From Malacoraja senta (lineage: Eukaryota): DNA of 64,000 nucleotides. Within the stretch, counting starts at the first letter, position 1, and each line of letters begins with the position of its first letter. The position numbers were made by a program, and so were the translations under genes. The stretch spans positions 21,206,001 through 21,270,000 of the forward strand of contig CM075988.1 of NCBI GenBank assembly GCA_038087875.1. The letters run 5' to 3'. Shown here piece by piece: positions 1-12,985 of the stretch. The notes beneath the pieces are model-generated. The model was not told the DNA's origin. It was given only the letters and a program-made list of their open reading frames with translations, and ran no database searches.

Positions 1-2430
1 TTATTAAATATAAATAGTAAAGATTTCCAATTCATTTACTAAATTCAGTATTTATTATTAAATGGTTATTATTTTAATAATCGATCTTAGGTAGGCATAA
101 TTCTCCCGTGCCTTTCATCCGCAGTATGCGTAATACGAGTAACTATGTTCAACTCACGTGCCGTGGACGCTGCTTCAAGCCTCCACTTACAACGGGCAAT
201 AAAGGCAGCTGAAATCCTACCTTTGCACCGTGGACTGAGCGCAAGGTGCTGCACATGGCCACAGGCGTGCGCGTTTTTTTTAACGATTTTTAAAGATCGA
301 CTGACTGACCAGTGCCTGCCCTGAGTAATTACTCACGGCACGTGGCTGACATACCCACACACGTACACATAAAAAACAAACAGTAGTCGTGCAAAAAGAC
401 AAAACCAATGCCCCCAGGCAAACACAGGCCAGGTTTTTTTTTGATAGGTTGATTGTTGGACAAAGGCCAGAGTTGAAAGCAATCAGATGAGAGCCAAAAG
501 GATAAAGAGTTGTGAATTGTGAATCTGGAGGAAGAAACGTAGGCAGAGGGGGAGAAACCCCATTTTGAAAATAGTCTACGCCTTTATTCCTTCTACCAAA
601 ATGCATGACTGCACACTTTGCTACGCTGTATTCCATCTCCCACTTCTTTGCCCACTCCGCATGGTAAGATGTGCCAAGACCTAGCAACTGGAAAACAAAT
701 TTGCATACAGCTGGAGTCACTCAGAGGGCCATGCACCATCTCTGGAGAGCATGAATAGTTGACAATTTGGATCTAGGAGATTCCCGACCTGTAACCTTGC
801 CTGTTCATCTTCTCCAGAGATGCTGCCTGACCCTCTGAGTTACTCCAGCGGTTGGCGATTTTTTTTTATCTCCCATTTCCGAGGTCCTGACCTATCTTAT
901 GTTATATTATGTTGAGTGGGCAATGAAGTGGCAGATGGAATACAGCAGAGCAAAGTGTGCAGTCACGCACTTTTTTTTTAGAAACCAACATTTGCAATTC
1001 CTTGTGTCTCTAAGGATCTGGGTGTTATTTTAGTTTAGTGCAGAGATACAACTTGGAAACAGGCTCTTCAGCCCACCAAGTCCGCGTCGACCAACGCTAA
1101 ACTGTACGCTCGTTCCGCGTTATCCCAGTTTCACATTCTACTCACTAGGGGGAGATTTACTGAGTCCGATTAACCTCCAAATCCGCATGTATTTAGGATG
1201 TGGAAGGATTGTGGATGATCAGCCATGATCACAATGAATGGCGGTGCAGGCTCGAAGGGCCAAACGGCCTCCTCCATGTACCTACCTATTTTTCTATGTT
1301 TTTATGAAACCCGGAGGAAACCCACGCGGTCATGGGGAGAACGTGCAAACTCTGTACAGACAGCACCCGTTGGGTCCCCCTTCATTCTTTGTGTCCCCCG
1401 CAGGGGCCCTTTTGTTCTCGACAGCCATTTAACAAGGAGATCCCGTGCGCAAGTCAGACTGGGTTTCATTCTCTGATAGCCCTATACTTGTGTTAGATAA
1501 ATAGTTCTATAAACAGCAGTTTATAAATAGTTTTCCTTTTATAGATCAACGGCAAAAGCTGAAATACACTGATTAAATCCAAGGCATTTTGAGGCTTTGG
1601 CATAGTCTATTAAACCAGGCTTCAGAAATAGCCATAAATTGCATCAATGTGTGTGTTGGACAGTTTAGAGCAGCTATTTGCAGACAAAACCATTCATCTG
1701 TCTGTATAAATGAGTCACTTTTTCGAAAATGAATCTGTTATGGGGGGGTTTTATTCCAGATTTTTTCCCCCAGCCTAATTTGCTATCTCATTACATTATA
1801 AACATCTTAGACGACAAAGGCAGTGATTTATGTCAGAGAGAAATGATGTAAAGTCTGGTTCGTTTCGTTCTCAATCACAGTTTGTATTTACATTGCAGTT
1901 AATTGCCATCCTGATGTTTCTCCACAAATTTTCAGCACTTTGCACAATATTGCTGACGGCAGTGGAAGGCAGATTTAGCCGAACATAAATGCAAGGTGTT
2001 TCTCGGTTCAGTAGCTTTCACAAGCAGTATGTCTATTTAATTGGAACACGGCACCCTGCCCTGTTAAGCTTAAACCGTCCAATAAACAATGACAAATTAT
2101 TTTTCGAAGGAAACAAGATGTTCCAAGCTGTTTCCCAAGAGTATTTCCCAACAAACGTAGACTTCAAGCCGCGTAGGGAGATGTAATGAGTGGTGAGAAG
2201 ACACTTTTGGTCAAGGGTCTATATTTCAAACATGAGACGAGGGAGCAGCTTGTGTGTTTTTAAGAAATTTATAGAGATATAAAGTGCAGAAACATGCCCT
2301 TGGGCCCACGCCGACCAGCGATCCCCCACACTAGTTCTACAGAAGCCAATTAACCTACAAACCTGGATAGACACAAAAGGCTGGAGTAACTCAGCGGGTC
2401 AGGTAGCATCTCGGCAGAAAAGGAATTGGT

Positions 2431-2458
2431 GACGTTTCGGGTTGAGACCCCTCTTCAG
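2431..2458 (-). ncRNA. Minimal hammerhead ribozyme core (Penelope pseudo-LTR)
   Basis: Minus strand CTGAAGA-GGGGTCTCAACCC-GAAA-CGTC. Confidence 0.6.
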
Positions 2459-2734
2459 ACTGAGAGTTAGGGTAAAGGGAAACCAGAGATATAGGCAGTA
2501 ATCTAGAGAGATATAGAACATATTTGTTCTATATATCTCGTTTCACTTTGCTGTAGTCTTTGACGTTTACACCTTAGCAAAAAGGTTGCGCTGTTCAACC
2601 TTTCGCCATTCTACACAATTGATCAGCCACTTGTTAATTTTACAACATTTCTTCCGATTTAATGAGACTATATTCAAGTACAGTACATTTCCAGTTACAC
2701 AAAACTTCACATCTCTTACCGAATCTACTAACAT

Positions 2735-3275
2735 AGAGTCATAGAATTATACAGCACAGAAACAGGCCCTTTGGCCCAACTTGCCCACACCGACTAAGAT
2801 GTCCCATCTACGCTAGTCCCACATTTGGTCCATATCCCTCTAACATTTTCCTACCCATGTACCTGCTCCAAATGACTTTTACCAAATATCAGTAACCTGC
2901 CTCAACTACCTCCTCTGGCAGCTCGTTCCGTTCACCCAACACCCTTTGTGTGAAAACGTTGTCTCTCAGGTTGCTATTAAATCTTTCCCCTCACATGTTA
3001 AAGGTAGGTCCCTCTTGGTCTTGACTCCCCTACTCTGAGTAAAAGACTCCACGCACTCACCCTATCTATTCCCCTCATGATTTTATACAGCTCGTCAAGA
3101 TCACCCCTCAGCCTCCTGCGCTCCAAGGAATAAAATCCTAGCCTGCCCCAACCGCCCCTTATAGCTCGGGCCCTCAGGTCCTGGCAACATCCTCGTAATT
3201 CTTCTCTGCACTCATTCCAGTTTAACAACATCCTTCCAATAGCTTGGAGACAGACCAACCTGAGCACAATGCTGC
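2735..3275 (-). mobile_element. CR1 LINE 3' fragment
   Basis: LGFYSLERRRLRGDL..YKIMRGIDRV. Confidence 0.9.
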
Positions 3276-3631
3276 AAATAACATCTTTAAGTAATTCTTT
3301 AAATGTTTATTCCGTAGCTTGCTGCAATATTCAGTTTGATTTGTAGAAATTGTACACTCTATCTGTCAATTAGTTGCTAATTTATTTTGTTCCAGGAATC
3401 AGCTCTTGGTAAATGTTATTCTAATGATGATATTATTCAAAGCACCAGTGAAAATCGGAATGAGTGATTAAGTCTCGAGGGAGTTAAACAAAGAGCTTGC
3501 TCTTTTGTGTCTTACTGGGGTGCTATTGATGCAGGGGAATTAAATTGATTATCTATGCAGAGATCGTTCATGTTTGACACTCAACCCATCCAAAAGAGAG
3601 CAAAATTATTACTGGATGCATCACGATCTCT

Positions 3632-3934
3632 TTTAGTTTAGTTTAGAGATGCAGCGCGGAAACAGGCCCTTTAGCCCAGCGCATCCACAACGACCAGCGA
3701 TCCCCGCACATTAACACTTTCCTACACACAATATTTACATTTATACCAAGCCAATTAACCTACAAACCTGTACGTCTTTGGAGTGTGGGAGGAAACTGAA
3801 GGTCTCGGAGAAAAGCCCACGCAGGTTATGGGGAGAACGTACAAACTCCGTACAGACAGCACCCGTAGTCAGGATTGAACTCGGGTCTATAGCGCTGTAA
3901 GGCAGTAACTCTACCTCTGCTCACCACCATGCCG
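3632..3934 (-). mobile_element. HE1-type V-SINE
   Basis: Reverse complement of the same consensus with a (tagtt)n tail. Confidence 0.9.
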
Positions 3935-5166
3935 TTTTCTCTACGTCCCCAGGGATTTAAGAGGGACCTCAGAGGCAACTGTTTCACTCTCAGAGGGTAG
4001 TCTCTATCTGGAATGAGCTGCCAGAGGAAACTATAGAAGTGGCTACAATTACATATATTGAAACATATTTGACAGATATATGGATAGGCAAAGTTTAGAG
4101 GACTGTGGGGCTAAATGCAGGTAAATGGAACTAGCCCGGGAATGGTTTCCCCCCCCCTTCCTTCTCGGCGGTCCCCCGCCAGGTTCCTCCAGCACTTTGT
4201 GCTTTGCTCAGGGTTCCAGTATCTGCAGTTCCCTGTGTCTCCATCTCATTGCTATTCTGGCGGCCATCTTGCCTCGTGGTAGGTAGCTCCAACCTGCACC
4301 TCAAGTGGCCGCTGCAGAAGATTGTCCAGCAACAGCACTGGGCATCTCAGATGGAAACTAAAAGTGTACAGGCAGCATCTCTGGATAGAAGGCATGGGTG
4401 ACCCACAGACAGTCTGAAGAAACATAGACAATAGGTGCAGGAGTAGGCCATCCGGCCCTTTGAGCCAGCACCGCCATTCAATATGATCAAGGCTGATCAT
4501 CCAAAATCAGTAGGAAAGAACTGCAAATGCTGGTTTAAATCGAAGGTAGACACAAAATGCTGGAGTAACTCAGCGGGACAGGCAGCATCTCTAGAGGGAA
4601 GGAATGGGTGACGTTTCGAAAGGTCTCGACCCGAAATGTCACCCATTCCTTCTCTCCAGAGATGCTGCCTGTCCCACTGAGATACTCTGGCATTTTGTGT
4701 CGACATCCAATATCAGTAGGTAGACAAAAGTGCTGGAGAAACTCAGCGGGTGCAGCAGCATCTATGGAGCGAAGGAAATACGTGAAACACATCCAATATC
4801 AGTACCTCGTTCCTGCTTTCTCCCCATAATCCCTTGATTCCAAGAGCTATATCTTAACTCTCTTGAATATATCAAGAAGGGTCTCGACCCGAAACGGCAC
4901 CAATTCCTATCCAGAGACGCTGAGTTACTCCAGCATTTTGTGTCTATCTTTGGTGTAAACCAGCATCTGCTGTTCCTTCCTGCACAATTATAGGGTACAT
5001 CTGTTTTATAAATGTCTTCTAATCTAAGCCTACTATCGACCCAGTTGGAGTCAAGGAGATTCAGTAGTGTGTACAAGTCCACTGTGAACAATTTTACTGC
5101 AATGAAGACACAATAACTGTTCAAATACTGACAGAGATAACATAAAACAAGTGCCAATCTAAGATA

Positions 5167-6300
5167 CAGTGCCTTCCATAATGCTTGGGACAAAGACCAA
5201 TCATTTATTTATTTGCCTCTGTGCTCCACAATTTGAGATTTGTAATAGAAAACATCACATGTGGTTAAAGTGCACATTGTCAGATTTAAAAAAAGGCAAT
5301 TTTTATACATTTTGGTTTCACCATGTAGGAATTACAGCAGTGTTTATACATAGTCCCCCCATTTCAGGGCTCCATAATGTTTGGGACACAGCAATGTCAT
5401 GTAAATGAAAGTAGTCCAGTTCCTTCTCTCCTCCATACTTTGCTCTTGCCGTCACTCTGACATAAGTTAATCTTTGTCTCATCTGTCCTCAAGACCTTTT
5501 TCCAGAACTGTGGTTGCTCTTTTAAGTACTTCTTGGCAAACTGTAACCTGGCCATCCTATATTTGCAGGTAACCAGTGGTTTGCATCTTGCAGTGTAGCC
5601 TCTGTATTTCTGTTCATGAAGTCTTCTGCGGACGGTGGTCATTGACAAATCCACACCTGACTCCTGAAGACTGTTTCTGATCTGTCAGACAGGTGTTTGG
5701 GGATTTTTCTTTATTATGGAGAGAATTATTCTGTCATCAGCTGTGGAGGTCTTCCTTGGCCTGCCAGTCCCTTTGCTGTTAGTAAGCTCACCAGTGCTCT
5801 CTTTCTTCTTAATGATGTTCCAAACAGTTAATTTTGGTAAGCCTAAGGTTTGGCTGATGTCTCTAATAGTTTTATTCTTGTTTCTCAGTCTCATAATGGC
5901 TTCTTTGACTTTCATTTGCACAACTTTGGTCCTCATGTTGATAAACAGCAACAAAAGTTTCCAAAGGTGATGGAAAGACTGGAGGAAAGACTAGGCGCTG
6001 AGAGCTCTCTTATACCTGCATTAAGGAGGCATTTAAACACACCTGAGCAATTACAAACGCCTGTGAAGCCATGTGTCCCAAACATTATGGTACTGTGAAA
6101 TGGGGGGACTATGTATAAACACAGCTGTAATTTCTACATGGTGAAACCAAAATCGATAAAAATGGCCTTTATTAAAATCTGACAATGTGCACTTTAACCA
6201 CATGTGATTTTTTTTTTAAAATCACAAATCTCAAATTGTGGAGTACAGAGGCATATAAATAAATGATGGGTCTTTGTCCCAAACATTATGGAGGGCCCTG
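5167..6300 (-). mobile_element. Tc1-like DNA transposon, internally deleted copy
   Basis: TA|CAGTGCC...GGCCCTG|TA. About 225-bp TIRs with inner and outer direct repeats ccataatgtttgggaca. Transposase fragments on the minus strand (HTH region, VLRTDETKINL). About 480 bp is missing relative to the copy at 20154. Confidence 0.95.
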
Positions 6301-6774
6301 TAGCTCATTTTCTGGCCCTCCAATGGATTTGACCAAAGTTGAAGTGCTTCATTTAAACTGCAGCCGGCAGCTCACCACAAGTGAGCTATTTACTGCATTT
6401 TGATTTAGTGAAGGAAATATGCAGTTACAATCATTGCATCGGGAGTCTGGAGAGTGGATATTGATGGGGGAGAATGGAGCAGTAATTCTTCGGACCAAAC
6501 TAGAGTGTACTTGCAAGATGATACTGCGGTAAGGTTTTGAGTTCCAGTTATTGCACAGCACCAGAATGGATCGACTCATTTTCAACTGATAAGAGTTGGA
6601 AAGCAGATGGAACCGTACGACAGATGTCTGCTGTTATCTCACTTAATTGCTTCTACTTCATAGAATGTTTCATATTTAATGGCTGTCTCCTTTCCCTCTC
6701 CCTGCAATACCTCTTCCCCTCACCACAGTGTGGCTGAATAATTGACTCACTCTTAGTGACTATTCATCATGGTA

Positions 6775-7035
6775 GTTTAGTTTAGAGAAACGTCGCGTAG
6801 ATAGGCCCTTTGGCTCACCGAGTATGCATCGACCAGCGATCCCTGCACACTGGCACTATCCTACTCACACTAGGGACAATTTACAATTATACCAAGCCAA
6901 TTAGCCTACAAACCTGAACATCTTTGGAGTGTGGGAGGAAACCAGAGATCCTAGAAAACAAAATCCACACAGGTCACGGGGAGAATGTACAAACTCTGTA
7001 CAGACAGCAACCGTAGTCAGGATCGAACCCGGGGC
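6775..7035 (-). mobile_element. HE1-type V-SINE
   Basis: V domain, B box and tail. Confidence 0.85.
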
Positions 7036-7036
7036 T

Positions 7037-7840
7037 CTTACATAAGATATTGGTGAGGCCACATTTAGAGTATTGTCTTCAGTCTTGGTCACCATGTTCT
7101 AGGAAAGATATCAAGCTTGAAAGATTTCAGAGAAGATTTACCAGGATGTTGCCAGGACTCGAGGGACTGTGCTATAGGGTGAGGTTGAGCAGGCTAGGGC
7201 TTTATTCCTTGGAGCGCTGGAGGATGAGGGGTGATTTTGTCGAGGTATCCAAAATCATGAGAGGAATAGATCAGATAAACGCACAGCGTTTCTTGCCCAG
7301 ATCAGGAGAATTGAGAACCAGAGGACATAGGTTTCAGGTGAGGTAAAGATTTAATGGGAACCTGAGGGTAACTTATTTACACAAAGGGCCGTAGGTGTAT
7401 GGAACGAGCTGCCATGGAGATAGATGAGGCAGGTACCATCGCGACGTTTAAGAAACATTTAGACAGGAACATGGATGAACAATAGGTGCAGGAGTAGGCC
7501 ATTCGGCCCTTCGAGCCAGCCCTTCATGGCTGATCATCCCCAATCAGTACCACGTTCCTGCCTTCTCCCCATATCCCCTGACTCTGCTATTTTTAAGAGA
7601 CCTATCTAGCTCTCTCTTGAAAGCATCCAGAGAACCTGCCTCCACCGCCCTCTGAGGCCCAGCTGCTCCATTCTCTCAGTATATGACAGTCCCGCCATCC
7701 TGGGAATTAACCTTGTAATTAGGGCAGGTTTGTAGGTATATGGGCCAAAAGCAGGCAGGTGGGACTAGTTTAGATGGGACATGTTGGTCAGCGTGTGCAA
7801 GGTAGGCAAAGGGCCTGTTTCCATGCTGTATGACTCTATG
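7037..7840 (+). mobile_element. CR1 LINE 3' fragment with an inverted CR1 tail nested at ~7477-7715
   Basis: VRPHLEYCLQSWSP...RMRGDFVEVSKIMRGID. Confidence 0.88.
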
Positions 7841-9699
7841 ACACAAAGTGCTGGACCAACTCAATGGGTCAGGCAGCTTCTCTGGAGGACGGTCAGACAA
7901 AATTCCTGTTTTCTGTTTTCCAGCACCAGCCATTTCTTTTGGTTGCTCACCTTATAATGAGTTATTGCCCTCCACATTTCTCACTTCTACAGTTCGGATG
8001 CATTCCATTAGTACAGCCATTTTCTTTGATCCCTCGATGCTAGTGTGTTCTAAAATCATTATTCCGGCAATTGTAGTGCCCGCTGAGGTAACTGCGGCAA
8101 ATTTATCTTTTAATTTATCCTGCACAAAGGCCAAGGAAATACCACTGTGATCAAATGAAAATGTGTAAGGAGAGGTGATCTTATCTGATACTTTAATTGA
8201 AATGGAAATTGGCGTAAATACAAATTAGATTAGAAGGAAATAGATGGATTCCTATTTAGTTGCTGCAGGGTGTTTAGGTAGACGAACAAAAGCAAAATTA
8301 ATATCACTGACAATTTGCATGCTGTACAGATGTACATACCAAGCTGCAGGCAATACGGATTAGATGTGTTTATATATCAGTGTATCCCATCTACTTGTAA
8401 AAGTGCTTCATTGAAGTTATTTGAAATCGAGCAGAAAATCTGTTCCAATGAAAGAACAGACAAGTTAATCCTGTTTTGTTGATGATTTTATCTTTAATTG
8501 TCATCAACGTGTAAAGAGTGACAGCTCCAAATGGATCATTGCATCCAAAGCAAAGAAACTCCCAATAAAGAGTGTTGGTGCTGAAGCTTAGCTTTGGTAG
8601 ATTGTGGCTCTAGCACCGCATCCAACAAGGACGATACACTTTTGGTTTAAACCTGCAGAAGGCACAAAGTACTAGAATAACTCAGCAGGACATGCAGGAT
8701 CTCTGGAGGACATGGGTAGGCTATAAGGTCATATGTGATTGGAGCAAAATAAGCCCATTCGGCCCATCAAGTCTACTCCGCCATTCAATCACGGCTGATC
8801 TATCTCTCCCTCCTCACCCCATTCTCTTGCCTTCTCCCCAAAACCCCTGACACCCGCACTAATCAAGAATCTACCTATCTCTGCCTTAAAAATATCCACG
8901 TTTTGGACCGGGACCCTTCTTCAGACTGTCTGAAGATCAGAAATGTCATATATCTATGTCCTTCAGCGATGCTGCCTGAGTTACTCCAGCACTTTGTATC
9001 TTTATTTTTGCAAACCAGCATCTGCAATTCCATGTATCTTGATTTTAAACGTATCTCAGTGTCATATATATATTCTTTCTGATCAGGAGACATAATTTTT
9101 TTATGCTTGCTGTTTTCATCCAAGAAATTTGGACTGTCACAATTGATTGAAACAAACGGATGCCCTGGACAAAATGTCTAATGGCAAATAAACTGTCGGC
9201 AAATACAAGAAAACAGATTTCTTTAAAAAAAAGAAGCCAGTTTCCTCTCTAAGGTAAATTAAAAATAAATAGCCTGGAAGCTTACCCTGGTGTATTATAC
9301 GCAAACATTATTCCCATAACATGTATCTATACACTGTAAATGGATCAATTATAATCATGTATTTTCCCGCTGGCCGGTTAGCACGCAACAACAAAATGTC
9401 ACTGTACCTCGGTACACGTGACAATAAACTAAACTCAAACCGACCATTCACAGTGTACAGGTGTATGATAAAGGGAATAACGTGATTAATATTCAGTGCA
9501 ATATAAAGTCCAGTGAAGTCCAATCAAAGATAGTCCGAGGGTCTCCAATGTGGTGGATGATAAGGATAGGCATGATGAGCAGTTACCAAAAAGAAACATG
9601 GTTTGGATGAATGAATGAATAAGTTTATTGGCCAAGTATTCACATACAAGGAACTCACCAACTCGTTAGATTGTAGACTGAGTCTACAGCCAACCAGAG

Positions 9700-9925
9700 C
9701 TCACCTTGTACACCAGCACTATCCTGCACACGATAGACAATTTACGTTTTTACACGCCAATTAACCCACAATCCTGTACGTTTTGGAGTGTGGGAGAAAA
9801 CCGGAGCACCCTGAGAAAACCCACACGGTCACAGGGAGAACATACAAACTCTGCAGATAGCACCCATAGTCAGGATCGAACACGGGTCTCTGGCGCAGTA
9901 AGGCAGCAACTCAACCACTGTGCCA
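9700..9925 (-). mobile_element. HE1-type V-SINE
   Basis: V domain and tRNA head. Confidence 0.85.
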
Positions 9926-10918
9926 CATCTGGACTGTGGAGGAATGTAACACAACACATGTCTGTATATTGCTAACCCTATTTCGGAGCCTTAATTCCTT
10001 ATAGATTAGTCATAAAACCTGTCTACATGCTAAATCTGTGTGCTGCTATTTATGTTCCGTTAACAGATTGGGAAACCTGTACATCTGTGTCGCTAAGATG
10101 GTAAAATATGGAACCAATTTTGTCCACTGTTTCATTAACAAACCTTATTTCTTGCTTGCACTAACTTGTTCTGAAGATGCCATCGTCGGTTACCCTGTTT
10201 AGTTCTCGTATTCCCCCCGGGTTTTCTGACATCCCCCCCCAGTGCAGCTCGAGGCAATGTGCGGGCTGGATATTTGATATCCGCCATCTTGAACCAGTGG
10301 TCAATGTTTGGCCTCTCTGCCATCTCGCTCAGATGGAAGGATTGCACGGAGTTCAAACTGAACGCCATCTCAGTGTGCACAACATCTCAGACAACATCAG
10401 TTTATTAAGAGAGCGCTGCGTGCTGTTTGTTCGATATAGCTGAACATATCGAATCAAAGATGGGGAAAGTAAAAATGAATTATTGATTCAAAGTTAAATT
10501 GAATGCACTGTGTTCCTCAAATTTGAGGATCGTGTCCTGTGTATTAGTGCCATTGGGTACATGGTTTTGTTCCCACAATAAATTAAACATCGTAAAATAG
10601 TCCCGGTCATACTGAGAATAAGTAGAAAACTATTTTTAAAGACAGTGAAATGTGCCAGTGTTTGGTTCAAGATGGACGTGAATCTTTATGTAAAATATCC
10701 AATTTCTCAATCTTTTCTTGCAAGTCAGAAAATGTTTAAGCAATTTCTGCATCATCATTTGACACATATGATCAAAAGGGCAAGGATGCATTTTCTGAAC
10801 CTGTATTAATATCAGTAAAGATGTGTAGAAATTATCAACTAGTAATCAAATGAATAGGTTTCATATGTATGCTGTTCTGTTTTGTGAATGCTAACATTGC
10901 TTCAGTTGGCTAAATTAA

Positions 10919-11636
10919 AGGGGATGTCCCACTGCGGGGACCTAATTGGCGAGTTTAGAAGAGTTTGCCCTCGACTCAAACTCGCAGCATGGTCGACACG
11001 TGGTCCTAGGAGGTCCTATGAGGTCACTGGAACTCTCCTTCATGCTCGAGGGAAGTTCCCGCATACTCGCGGCCTCAGTTTGGTCGAGGAACATTTTTCA
11101 GCATGCTGAAAAGTTTTCCGCGAGTAAAAATTGGTCGGCATGGTTCTTTTGAACTCGTAGTGCAGTGGAGTGGGGTCGCTATGTAGTTATAGGTAGTCGA
11201 GGGCAGCCGTAGGCAATCTCCTTCGCTGACCGGGCATTTTAATTGGCTCATTGGAGTTTTCAGGAGCAAGGAAAACCGACCAGTAATGTTAAATGCCCGC
11301 TAAACTTTATTATAAGTTGTCTGGCTTCTTAAACGTGTCTCCCCCCCTTCTCCCCCCCCTTCTCCCCCCCTTCTCTCCCCTTCTCTCCTCCCCCCCCCCC
11401 CCCGCGCTCTCTAAAGGACTTACCGTACACTGTGCAGCTGTCTTTTACCTTTCTGTTCATCGTGGGTTTCAGACAGCGCTCCCCCGCTTTCCCTGGCCCC
11501 CGCCTTTGCGAGGTGTTTGTGTGTGTGTGCCGGTCGATCCAGCTCGCGGTTTCATCGCTGACGGTCGATCCAGCTCGAGGTTTCCCAGGCGAGTGCCCTT
11601 GAGCTTGAAGGTCGCAGACAGTCGCTGAAAGGCCCT
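10919..11636. mobile_element. PIF/Harbinger-type non-autonomous element (right TIR partly deleted)
   Basis: TAA on both flanks. Left end AGGGGATGTCCCACT. Left ~250 bp is similar to the element at 54358. Internal C/T-rich tract. Confidence 0.7.
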
Positions 11637-12409
11637 TAACGCTCTTTCCCATTCCTCATAATACATTAAATATGACAATGAATAGTTAACATTTTTGCTC
11701 CTAATAATGTGTATGTATGATTAAAAGCATAAATTATCTAGCTGTTTGAAATAAGTGATGTACAATGCAGATTGGGAATTTAGTGTTAATAAAATGTTGA
11801 TAGTCCTGCCTTTGCTCTTTCCGAACAAGCTACTTGGAATTGGGAAGATTGGAAACTGTTCAAAAGAGTGGACGTTGTCGTTCCAAATCATCACTGATTT
11901 CTTGTTGATTGTGAATTACCAAGAAAAATGGACTCAAATGTTCACTTATTTCACCTGAGAGAATGCCTCGGTTTTGACATGAGCCAACAAGGCGTACCTA
12001 GTTGTTTCCCCAATATTGGCTGTGCAATGTAGAACGAGGCTGCTCACTACTTTGATTCTTGGTCTGCTACAATAGTTGACCTGAGTCCAGGGATATCACA
12101 GATAAAGACCACTTCTCCTGAGGGGAAGGTTCTGGTCAGGCATCCAAGAATCTCCAACCTTGACTGATGATGCATAGCACATCATATCCAAGGCTGTGGG
12201 CTGTATACAGTCACTTCCGCTGGTGAATTACGATAACTTGGGCAAACCTGAAGGGTTTTGAGCTGCAACTCACTACGATAGTGCTGACAGATTCAGGGTG
12301 GGAAGAGCGATAAATGGTGAGCAGATCCTCTGTTGATTATGGGCAGAGCTGCCGTGGGAGTTGAGTTTGGCTCTTCACTGCAGAAGCACTCGTCCCCTCT
12401 CATCACCAA

Positions 12410-12985
12410 TGGTTCAATGGTTCCTTTATTAACACGTGTACCAAGGTACAGTGAGATTTAGTCCATACAGATCATTAAGATTATTGCCATAGATAAGTAC
12501 AATTCCCAACTAGGTACGAAATGCAGGGAAACATCCCACTGAGTGTATGTGTCGGAGTTGCCACGTTTTGCTGCTACTTCTTTGAGCAGGCCCAGCTGCA
12601 GTTGGTCATAAAGGCCTGTTGCCTCCATCCAGTCGTCCCGCGAACGGTTGTCCCTCTCCTCGCCTGGCCATCTTCAACCTTCGTGGCCCACGGGATGTCC
12701 TTGAGGGCCCTGGTTCTTCCCCCCATCCCTCGTCCAGCGACCGTCATCCACTTCCTCCACCGTTCCTCTCCGGTTCCCGGTCTTCCGGGGGAGAGCAGGG
12801 GCCGGGCTCGGCGGCTTCCCTTCCCTCTCCCGGTTCCGCGGCGGGCGGGCGAGCGATCCAGGCCTACTGTCGGTGTACGTCACGGCTCACCGGGGACCTT
12901 CTGCCATGCACCATGGAAGATCCCGGCAAAAACAGCTCCTATGAACACATTGGTGAGTGTGAGAAATTCTCTTCCATCAATGGCA
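12410..12985 (-). mobile_element. GC-rich non-LTR/SINE-like element with Rex1-type tail
   Basis: Minus-strand end cactgtaccttggtacacgtgttaataaaggaaccattgaacc. Shares gcgatccaggcct with the 55150 element. Confidence 0.5.
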
